Shown here one piece after another: positions 17,955 through 25,480 of a DNA stretch of 29,980 nt (positions are counted from its first letter, which is position 1; the number at the start of each line of letters is the position of its first letter). The notes below the pieces were generated by a model. The model saw nothing but the letters and a program-made list of their open reading frames with translations, did not search any database and was not told the DNA's origin. The DNA lies in the IMG/VR virus record IMGVR_UViG_3300027838_000835, positions 1 through 29,980 of that record, one strand, 5' to 3'. The position numbers were made by a program, and so were the translations under genes. This DNA is from a virus (taxonomy: Duplodnaviria; Caudoviricetes).

Positions 17955-18531
17955 GAAAGAATTAATAGATTTTGAGTTAGATATAAAAACTATTTACGAG
18001 AGTGGTAAAATAAAAGCACCAATTCATTTAAGTGGTGGTAATGAAGATGAGTTGATAAAAATATTTAAAGATGTTCAAGAAGATGATTGGGTGTTTAGTA
18101 GTTGGAGAAATCATTATCATGCATTATTACATGGTATTGATAAAAATATTTTAAAAGATTTAATTGTTCGTGGTAAGAGTATGAGTGTTTATTCAGATAA
18201 ACCAAAGTTTTATTCTTCTTCAATTGTTGGTGGAACTTTACCAATTGCATTAGGTGTTGCAAAATCAATTAAGTTAAAAGGTGAAACAAATAAAGTATGG
18301 TGTTTTATTGGTGATATGACTTTTGAAACTGGTTTGTTTTATGAAACTTATAAGTATGCAAAGAATCTTAGTTTACCTATAAAGTTTGTAGTTGAGGATA
18401 ATGGATTATCTACAAATACACCTACAGAAGAAACATGGGGTGGTAAACGAGATATACCAGATGATGTAATTTACTATAAATATAAAAGAACCTATCCACA
18501 TCATGGAACAGGTAATTGGGTGTTATTCTAA
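17947..18531 (+). CDS. ThDP-dependent enzyme, E1-alpha-like subunit (short, PP-binding domain only)
   Basis: PIHLSGGNE, WRNHYHAL, SSIVGG, ThDP motif GDMT...EDN. ATG 17947 preferred over GTG 17881. Confidence 0.85.
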   Translation: MTKKELIDFELDIKTIYESGKIKAPIHLSGGNEDELIKIFKDVQEDDWVFSSWRNHYHALLHGIDKNILKDLIVRGKSMSVYSDKPKFYSSSIVGGTLPIALGVAKSIKLKGETNKVWCFIGDMTFETGLFYETYKYAKNLSLPIKFVVEDNGLSTNTPTEETWGGKRDIPDDVIYYKYKRTYPHHGTGNWVLF

Positions 18532-19061
18532 TGAAATACAAAGGTGAATTAATAAAAAGTATGGAATGGTTAGGTGAAAAAGATGATACATTTTTCATTG
18601 GTCAATCAGTAAAATATAGTGGAAATGCAATTTACAATACATTAAAAACTATAGATGAGAAAAAAAGAATCGAAGTTCCTGTCTTTGAAGAAATACAAAT
18701 GGGTATGTGTACAGGTATGGCATTGAATGGTATTGTTCCTATTTGTTGTTTTCCAAGATTTGATTTCATGTTGAGGTGTATGGATAGTTTAGTGAATCAT
18801 CTTGATAAGATGCAACACATGACAGAGGGAACATTCAAACCAAAAGTAATTATGAGAACTTCTATAGGTTCTACTAATCCACTTGATGGTGGTGTTCAAC
18901 ATACACAAGATTACACCATGAGTTTCAAGTCGATGTTACACGAAGTAGACGTGGTGTTGTTAGAAGAACCTGATAATATATTTACAGAGTTTCAAAGTGC
19001 CTATAATGGAGATAGGTCTACTTTATTAATTGAATATGGTGATTTTTATAATGAAAAGTGA
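18531..19061 (+). CDS. ThDP-dependent enzyme, E1-beta/transketolase pyrimidine-binding subunit (lacks C-terminal domain)
   Basis: FIGQSV, EVPVFEEIQMGMCTGMALNG, PRFDF, GVQHTQD, LIEY. TAATG overlap with the alpha subunit gene. Confidence 0.85.
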   Translation: MKYKGELIKSMEWLGEKDDTFFIGQSVKYSGNAIYNTLKTIDEKKRIEVPVFEEIQMGMCTGMALNGIVPICCFPRFDFMLRCMDSLVNHLDKMQHMTEGTFKPKVIMRTSIGSTNPLDGGVQHTQDYTMSFKSMLHEVDVVLLEEPDNIFTEFQSAYNGDRSTLLIEYGDFYNEK

Positions 19062-19461
19062 GAAAGAATTTTTTTTAAAGTTATTTCCCCAACACTATGA
19101 ACTTCTTGATATAAAAAACTTCAAAGCTTTTGAAAAAGTCCCATTTCATTTTGTAAAAGATTTGGAAGAATTAAATAAACCAAGAGAAGAAGAAGAGGGG
19201 CCAGTTTGTGAGTGTGTTGGTGAAAATACTAACAAAGCATTAGTTTTATATTTTCAATCAATTATCAATCAAGGTATTGAATTACCTATCTTTATCAATT
19301 CAAAAAATCAAGTTATGGATGGCCATCACAGAATCCAGGCATATCATCTGTTAGGGAGAGAAGAAATTCCAATATATCGTAATAAACTATGGAGAAATCA
19401 CGGTTTTTGTTGGAAAGTTGGACTTGAGGGTAGACGTAAATTGAGATTAAAAAAATGGTAA
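19051..19461 (+). CDS. ParB/sulfiredoxin-fold domain protein
   Basis: LPIFIN...VMDGHHRIQAY...LG..EIP. No HTH or dimerisation domain. ATG 19051. Confidence 0.7.
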   Translation: MKSEKEFFLKLFPQHYELLDIKNFKAFEKVPFHFVKDLEELNKPREEEEGPVCECVGENTNKALVLYFQSIINQGIELPIFINSKNQVMDGHHRIQAYHLLGREEIPIYRNKLWRNHGFCWKVGLEGRRKLRLKKW

Positions 19462-19474
19462 ATTTTATAATTAG

Positions 19475-19483
19475 ATATTTATA
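19475..19483 (+). promoter_or_regulatory. ATATTTATA motif, candidate late promoter
   Basis: Lies in a 48-bp intergenic gap, 26 nt before ATG 19510; the same core occurs at 12112 and 28965. Confidence 0.45.
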
Positions 19484-19509
19484 ATTGTAACAATACATTT
19501 GGAATTTTT

Positions 19510-20385
19510 ATGATTAAATTAATGGATTTACTTGAGGCCAGTAAAACTGGTACTACCTCTTCTTCTGAGCAACTTGGTGGATATAAGGGATTTGTCAAAG
19601 AAGAAGATTTTGATAAATATAAAAAGTATATGGGTAATAAGGCACCTAAAGGTAGTATATTAGTTGAAGGAGTTGAAGATTCAGGCATACTTAAATGTGT
19701 GTTTCTTGCTGGTGGGCCTGGAAGTGGAAAAACTTATATGACTAAGGGATTATTTGGAGTACCTGATAAACTAAATATCTCTCATAGTGGTATGAAAATG
19801 GTAAATTCTGATAAGGAATTGAAATTTTTATTGAGAAAATACGGATTCGGTACTGATTTAGATACAATGCCCGATGAAGTATTTAAAAATCTTACCACTT
19901 CAAAAGAAACGGGTGGTAGTAATTTAAGACATTTTGCTAGAGAATTAACAGATGTTAGAAGGAAAAAGTATCAAGAAGGTCGTTTAGGTATAATTGTTGA
20001 TGGTACGGGTGATGATTTTAGAAAAATTACCAAAATGAAAAAGGAAGTAGAAGATATCGGGTATGATACTTATATGATTTTTGTCAACACTACAGTAGAA
20101 GTAGCATTACAAAGAAATGAAAAACGAGATAGAGTATTACCAGAAAAGATTGTAAGAGATTCACATGCCGCAGTAATGCGGAATCTTGGTGGTTATCAAG
20201 GATTATTTAGTGGAAATTTTATGATTGTAGATAATAATAAGGATTTAGATGAGAAAAGGGCAGAAAAGCGGTTTAATATGTTGGTTAAGCAAGGTCTTAA
20301 CAAGTTTATTAAAAAACCTCTCAAAAACTCAATCGGTAAATCGTGGGTTAGACACCAAAAAATCCTCAAAAAGCAGGGAGTATAA
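19510..20385 (+). CDS. P-loop kinase (zeta-toxin/AAA_33/PNK-like), with N-terminal MIKLMDLLE leader
   Basis: FLAGGPGSGKT Walker A, VNSD, IIVDGTG, MIFVNT...ALQRNEKRDR lid, IVDN. Confidence 0.8.
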   Translation: MIKLMDLLEASKTGTTSSSEQLGGYKGFVKEEDFDKYKKYMGNKAPKGSILVEGVEDSGILKCVFLAGGPGSGKTYMTKGLFGVPDKLNISHSGMKMVNSDKELKFLLRKYGFGTDLDTMPDEVFKNLTTSKETGGSNLRHFARELTDVRRKKYQEGRLGIIVDGTGDDFRKITKMKKEVEDIGYDTYMIFVNTTVEVALQRNEKRDRVLPEKIVRDSHAAVMRNLGGYQGLFSGNFMIVDNNKDLDEKRAEKRFNMLVKQGLNKFIKKPLKNSIGKSWVRHQKILKKQGV

Positions 20386-20386
20386 A

Positions 20387-20869
20387 ATGTTAACAACATT
20401 TGATGAAATAATTGATTTAACTTTAGAACACGAAGGTGGATATGTCCACGATCCAAAAGATTTAGGTGGAGAAACTAATTTTGGCATTGCTAAAAGATTC
20501 TATCCAGACGAGGATATAAAGAATCTTACCAAAGAAGGTGCTAAAGAAATCTATAAAAAAGACTATTGGGATAAAAATAAAGTAGATGATTTACCCGATG
20601 GTTTAAAACACATCTTTTTTGATATGTGTGTAAATCAAGGTAGAGGAACAGCAGTAAAGATTTTACAACGAACTTGTAATGCAAAAGGTGCAGATTTGGC
20701 TATTGATGGTGGTTTTGGGCCAGGTACTAAAGGTGCGGTTGAAACTTATAAACCATCTGTAGAAAGAGTTCGTTGTTACAGATTAAAACATTACTATGAT
20801 TTAGTGAATAAAAAACCAGAACAAGAGAGATTTTTGTTTGGTTGGTATCGTAGAGCTTTATCAGTATGA
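20387..20869 (+). CDS. GH108 lysozyme (endolysin) with C-terminal peptidoglycan-binding region
   Basis: HEGGYVHDPKDLGGETNFGI, IYKKDYW, FDMCVNQG, IDGGFGPGT, RFLFGWYRR. True start is ATG 20387 after GGGAG; the track's extension to 20249 overlaps the kinase. Confidence 0.92.
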   Translation: MLTTFDEIIDLTLEHEGGYVHDPKDLGGETNFGIAKRFYPDEDIKNLTKEGAKEIYKKDYWDKNKVDDLPDGLKHIFFDMCVNQGRGTAVKILQRTCNAKGADLAIDGGFGPGTKGAVETYKPSVERVRCYRLKHYYDLVNKKPEQERFLFGWYRRALSV

Positions 20870-20896
20870 TAAAAATAATTAATTAGGAGATAAAAA

Positions 20897-21175
20897 ATGG
20901 CAACAGCAACACAAGGTTCATTTGTAGGTAGAAGTGCAGCAACTGTAAAAGATAATGCAAAGTATAAAAAAGTACTTACTAAGACCGCGGTTGATTACTA
21001 TATGACAGGTTCAGAATTAAGTTCGGAAGGATTTATAGTTGAATCGGCAGGAGATACTAAAATATCTTTTGTTGGTGGTGGTCAAATCGGTGCAGATGCA
21101 GTTACTGCTAAAACACTTTATGAAATTGGAGTTTCAAGAGTGAGCGGTAGTGGTACAGTTCACTTGGTATTCTAA
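20897..21175 (+). CDS. Small beta-rich hypothetical protein, possible virion/decoration protein
   Basis: Strong AGGAG at 20885; Ala/Gly/Thr/Ser-rich composition; late-gene context. Confidence 0.55.
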   Translation: MATATQGSFVGRSAATVKDNAKYKKVLTKTAVDYYMTGSELSSEGFIVESAGDTKISFVGGGQIGADAVTAKTLYEIGVSRVSGSGTVHLVF

Positions 21176-21179
21176 TAGA

Positions 21180-23966
21180 ATGAATGAGTTAACAAAGTGG
21201 TTAATTAAAGATTTTGTTAATGAGGGAGTAGATTTACCAGTTGAGATAGGTGATACTGTTAAAATGGGTAGATTTAAAAATAAAAAGGTTGTTGTTAAGT
21301 CTATTGCTTGGAATGAAAAGGGTGACTTACTCATCAACGGCCGTCCCGCATTAAAATTCAGAGTTATTGAACCTGAAATTGAAGTTGTTGTGCCTTCACC
21401 CAGTAGGAAAGGTATAGATAAAAATAAAACTGATAGATTGAGTGGTTATAAGAAAGTAAAGAAATTAGATGAATTTGTAAATAGACCAAAAATTAAAAAG
21501 GCATTACTAAAATTGGTTGATAAGAACTTAATACCAAAAGGTTATGTAAAAAATATTAAAAAATTACAAACTTTCCTTTCTCGAAATCCAATGGTAATGA
21601 CTCAACTATTAAAATTACTCGGTGAAAATGTTACTGAACAAAAAGAAATAACAAAAGTCGTTGGTATTTATGGTGGTAGATTTCAACCATTTGGCCCACA
21701 TCATAAAAAAACTTATGAGTGGTTAAAAAAGCAAGTAGATGATGCTTACATAACAACTTCAGATATAAAACAACCACCAAGACACCCAATGAACTTTAGA
21801 GAAAAAGTTCGTCATATGACAAAAATGGGTATTCCATCTAATCGTATCATTAAAGAAAAATCACCTTATGTAGCAAAAAATGCATTAAATAAATATGATA
21901 AAGATACTACAGCGGTAATCTACATATTTGGTGCTAAAGACGCTGGTAGATTAAAGGGTGGTAAATACTTTCAAGATTATAAAAAGAATAAAAACAAAAT
22001 GAATGGGTACGAGGACAATGGATATATTCTCAAAGCACCTCATATTTCAGTTAGTGTAGGTGGTAAAGAAGTTAGTGGAACTACTATGAGAGAACTTCTT
22101 GGTTCACCCGAATTTGAAGAGAATAGAACGAAATTATTTAAACAAGCATTTGGATACTTTGATAAAGGTATTTTTAATATGATGACTAATAAATTTAAAA
22201 AGTTATTTGAATTTTATTCACAATCAGAAGTTAAAAAATTAATAAAAGAAGTAAGTGCACTTGGAGCACATTTTGATGCAAGTATATTAGATGATGAGGG
22301 ATTATATGATTTCTTTAATTCATTTGATGATTATAAAAGAGTATCACCAAAACATGCAGATATACTTGGTTGGGAAGTGCTTGGGGATATTATTAGTAAG
22401 AAAGCAAAAGACCCTGGTTTTGATTTTAGTACATCTACAATAGATAGAGTATCCACCACCACATATGGTAGAACAATAAACCAAGATACTAAAAATACTG
22501 ATAGTGTGAGTAACCCATTTCCAAAATATAAAAAACATATGAGAAAGATTGTTGGAAAAATGGGGTGGGAAATTTTAAAGTTCTTTGGTGATAATAAACA
22601 TAATAATATGGATGATTCACATACCTTTGATATGGGAACTGCAACTGCAGGCAGAGGTAATTCAGATAAACCTCAAAATCCTGATAAGATTAAAAAGATG
22701 CAAGAAAGTTACCAAAGAGATGTTGAATTTTTAATTGAAGGCGGAGCTTATGGACACATGAGTCATCCATTTGATGATAATAATCTTACGTTTTCAGATT
22801 TAAAGCAGATAATTATTAATGGGTTAGGTGGAAAGTTAGATAGAGAAGATAATGTTACAGAGAAACTTGATGGCCAAAATTTAATGGTAAGTTGGGTTGA
22901 TGGAGAGTTACGAGCAGCTCGTAACAAAGGACACTTGAAAAATCATGGTAAAACTGCTCCTACCACGAGTGGTGTTAAGAGTATGTTTAGTGGTAGAGGA
23001 GAGATTGAAAAGGCTTTTGTTGGGGCAATGAAAAATTTAGAAAAGGCCATTGGTAGTTTAAATGATAAACAAAAAGAAAAGGTATTTGGTAATGGTTCAA
23101 AATGGATGAATTTAGAGATTATGTATCCTAAAACTGCTAATGTAGTTGATTATGATGTGGCAGAAATAGTATTTCACGGGGCAATTGAATATGATGATAG
23201 TGGAAAAGCAATTGGACAAGCCAGAGATTCTGCTAGAATGTTAGCAGGTATGATTAAACAAATGAATCAACATATACAATCAATGTTTAAAATTGGAAAA
23301 CCAAATTTCTTAACCGTACCTAAACATCAAGATTTTGGTAGAATGAAAAATAAATTTTTAGGACAATTAAAGAAATTACAATCTACATACGCATTAAAAG
23401 ATTCAGATCGTTTAGGAGAATATCACGAGGCATTTTGGAGAGAGTATGTTTTTAACGCATCTAAACAATTTGGAATTAGTTTAAAACCAAATCAGTATGT
23501 TGGTTTGGTTAATAGATGGGCGTTTTTTGATAAGTCATATAAAATAAGAGATATTAGAAAAGATTATAAAGATGAACCTAAATTTTTAGATTGGATAATA
23601 TCAACGGATAAACAAGACCAAGAAAGGATTTCAAAAGATAATATTAAACCATTTGAAATATTATTCTTTGGAGTTGGTGCAGAAATATTAAAAAATATAA
23701 GTGGGTTTATGGCAGCTTCACCATTAGCATCCATACAAAAAATGAGAAAAGAAGTTATCAAAGCATTCAAGGATTTACAGAGTGGTGGTAATATAGATAA
23801 ATTAAAGAAATTAAAAATACAAATTGAGAAATTAGAAGCAATTGGTGGGTTAGATGCAATTGTCCCAAGTGAAGGAATAGTGTTTAAGTATAAAGGAAAC
23901 ATTTATAAGTTCACAGGAGCATTTGCACCAATCAATCAGATACTTGGTAGTTTAAAGTTTGGATAG
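21180..23966 (+). CDS. Multidomain protein: small N-terminal beta domain + cytidyltransferase-like (HIGH-superfamily) domain + unknown domain + C-terminal ligase-like nucleotidyltransferase domain
   Basis: GIYGGRFQPFGPHH...FGAKDAGRL...VSGTTMR (HIGH-like). GGAYGHMSHPFD...TEKLDGQN (KxDG)...NLEI...EGIVF...YKFTG (ligase motifs I, III, IV, V-like). ATG 21180 preferred. Confidence 0.7.
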   Translation: MNELTKWLIKDFVNEGVDLPVEIGDTVKMGRFKNKKVVVKSIAWNEKGDLLINGRPALKFRVIEPEIEVVVPSPSRKGIDKNKTDRLSGYKKVKKLDEFVNRPKIKKALLKLVDKNLIPKGYVKNIKKLQTFLSRNPMVMTQLLKLLGENVTEQKEITKVVGIYGGRFQPFGPHHKKTYEWLKKQVDDAYITTSDIKQPPRHPMNFREKVRHMTKMGIPSNRIIKEKSPYVAKNALNKYDKDTTAVIYIFGAKDAGRLKGGKYFQDYKKNKNKMNGYEDNGYILKAPHISVSVGGKEVSGTTMRELLGSPEFEENRTKLFKQAFGYFDKGIFNMMTNKFKKLFEFYSQSEVKKLIKEVSALGAHFDASILDDEGLYDFFNSFDDYKRVSPKHADILGWEVLGDIISKKAKDPGFDFSTSTIDRVSTTTYGRTINQDTKNTDSVSNPFPKYKKHMRKIVGKMGWEILKFFGDNKHNNMDDSHTFDMGTATAGRGNSDKPQNPDKIKKMQESYQRDVEFLIEGGAYGHMSHPFDDNNLTFSDLKQIIINGLGGKLDREDNVTEKLDGQNLMVSWVDGELRAARNKGHLKNHGKTAPTTSGVKSMFSGRGEIEKAFVGAMKNLEKAIGSLNDKQKEKVFGNGSKWMNLEIMYPKTANVVDYDVAEIVFHGAIEYDDSGKAIGQARDSARMLAGMIKQMNQHIQSMFKIGKPNFLTVPKHQDFGRMKNKFLGQLKKLQSTYALKDSDRLGEYHEAFWREYVFNASKQFGISLKPNQYVGLVNRWAFFDKSYKIRDIRKDYKDEPKFLDWIISTDKQDQERISKDNIKPFEILFFGVGAEILKNISGFMAASPLASIQKMRKEVIKAFKDLQSGGNIDKLKKLKIQIEKLEAIGGLDAIVPSEGIVFKYKGNIYKFTGAFAPINQILGSLKFG

Positions 23967-23974
23967 GAGTTACA

Positions 23975-24529
23975 ATGGGATATAGTAAAGAATCAGAAAG
24001 ACAGAATGAAGTATTAAAAGATTTGTTGGCGGGACGAGAACCAGAAAAACGGATAATGGTTGGGTATAATAGTGGTAAAGAACCTGAAAAACACGGCGAC
24101 AAGATAGATAAACTATCTAATATTATGCAAGAAGCTAGGATGCCTTGGTTTTGTCCATCTTGTAAAAAAACAATGAAGAAAAAACTTGATGATAAGTTTT
24201 GGAGACTTGCAAATCATTGTTTTGATTGTCAAGTTGAGAAGGAAAATAAACTTCGTGTTGAGGGTAAATGGGAAGAGTATGAAAAGGGTAAAATATTAGA
24301 GAATAAAAAAGCATACTTAAAAGACTTGAAACAAAGTATTGATGAATTTGAACAATCAGGCGGTAAGGCGGAGTTTTTCAATGAAGTTGGAGTAGATAGA
24401 GTAGGTGTTGAGAGAGAAGAATGGTCCATGGGACAGAAAAACTTTGATAAACTTGTCAAGGAAGCTAGAGAGTATATAGAAGAACTTGAAACGGAGTTGG
24501 AAGATGAGCAGAAAATTAATACTACCTGA
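23975..24529 (+). CDS. Hypothetical protein with CxxC...CxxC zinc finger
   Basis: WFCPSCKK...HCFDC; AGGAG at 23965. Confidence 0.7.
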   Translation: MGYSKESERQNEVLKDLLAGREPEKRIMVGYNSGKEPEKHGDKIDKLSNIMQEARMPWFCPSCKKTMKKKLDDKFWRLANHCFDCQVEKENKLRVEGKWEEYEKGKILENKKAYLKDLKQSIDEFEQSGGKAEFFNEVGVDRVGVEREEWSMGQKNFDKLVKEAREYIEELETELEDEQKINTT

Positions 24530-24761
24530 AGATATTATATTTGAATTAATGGATATGACGGCAACTCTTGGTGAGGTAGCCCAAGAATACCAACGTAAGA
24601 TTGGAAATGATAAAGATATTGACGAGTTATTAAGTGTATATCATAGAATTATTAAAAGGTTGATGGATTTACAAGAATTTGAGGAATTTGAGAAAGAAAC
24701 CGTAACAATGGATGAACTTGTACATAATGCAGGTCTTTCATATTTAGGAGAAACTAAATGA
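24504..24761 (+). CDS. Hypothetical acidic helical protein
   Basis: ATG 24504 preceded by GGAG; ATGA overlap with the next gene. Confidence 0.6.
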   Translation: MSRKLILPEDIIFELMDMTATLGEVAQEYQRKIGNDKDIDELLSVYHRIIKRLMDLQEFEEFEKETVTMDELVHNAGLSYLGETK

Positions 24762-25078
24762 TAAAGATGTGGAAAGCAATATTGGGATTTTTAGGGGGAC
24801 TATTAGCTATATTAGGACTTAGTTCTGTCTTTTCAGGGAAGAAAAAGGAAGAAATTAAAAAACTTGATGATGTTATCAAACAAAAAGATAAAGAAGTAAA
24901 ATTAACTGAGAAAAAAGTTAAGCAACTTGAGTCTAAGAAGAAAATAAACAAAAAACACGTGGCAAAATTGAAAAAAGAAGTTGAATCTACTAAAAATGAT
25001 ATTAAAAAGGCTCAAAAGGCCGTTGAAATTGATGATGTAGACGAAGCAGTAAACTTTTTGAAGAAATTTTCCAAGTAA
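24758..25078 (+). CDS. N-terminal membrane-anchored coiled-coil protein (i-spanin-like topology)
   Basis: Hydrophobic AILGFLGGLLAILGLSSVF followed by Lys-rich heptads; AGGAG at 24746. Confidence 0.55.
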   Translation: MIKMWKAILGFLGGLLAILGLSSVFSGKKKEEIKKLDDVIKQKDKEVKLTEKKVKQLESKKKINKKHVAKLKKEVESTKNDIKKAQKAVEIDDVDEAVNFLKKFSK

Positions 25079-25096
25079 ACTGATATATATGTATAT

Positions 25097-25480
25097 ATGA
25101 AGAATTTAATTAAAATATTATTGTTAGTAAGTGTAGGAATGGGATTTTCACAGGAAAAGACTTATAACTTTACTGAAAAACAAATTTTGGGAATTACCAA
25201 AGAAATAACGGATTTGCAGGTTAAAGATAGTTTAAATACTAAAATTATCAATGATCTCAACTCTATTATTAAGGAATTAGAGGAAAGTGCCCAAATAGAT
25301 TCAGTAATAGTCGTAAATAAAGATAAAACGATTGCAGATTTGAAAGAAAAGTCAAAATTGTTAGAAAAAAAGGTAAAACTCGTGAAACCAAGTTGGTATG
25401 AAAATAAGTGGTTATATTTTACATATGGAGTAGTGTCTGTCGTGGTACCTGTGTACCTTGCCGGTCAATTAACTAACTAA
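25097..25480 (+). CDS. Signal peptide + coiled coil + C-terminal transmembrane protein (spanin-like topology, no lipobox)
   Basis: MKNLIKILLLVSVGMGFS|Q signal; coiled coil; KPSWYENKWLYFTYGVVSVVVPVYLAG C-terminal TM; no Cys in the protein. Confidence 0.55.
   Translation: MKNLIKILLLVSVGMGFSQEKTYNFTEKQILGITKEITDLQVKDSLNTKIINDLNSIIKELEESAQIDSVIVVNKDKTIADLKEKSKLLEKKVKLVKPSWYENKWLYFTYGVVSVVVPVYLAGQLTN

Noticed and set aside
17947-19061. Pyruvate dehydrogenase auxiliary metabolic genes
   Set aside because: Both subunits are heavily shortened, E2/E3 are absent, and they are coupled to NDP-sugar genes.
1-19461. Giant eukaryotic virus (NCLDV) or bacterial chromosome origin of the glycan genes
   Set aside because: Contiguous, co-oriented T4-like terminase/portal, a peptidoglycan hydrolase, SD sites and overlapping operonic genes indicate a bacteriophage; export/polymerase genes of bacterial CPS loci are absent from the window.
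19510-20385. Zeta/epsilon toxin-antitoxin module
   Set aside because: No adjacent antitoxin-like gene; only the P-loop kinase fold is supported.
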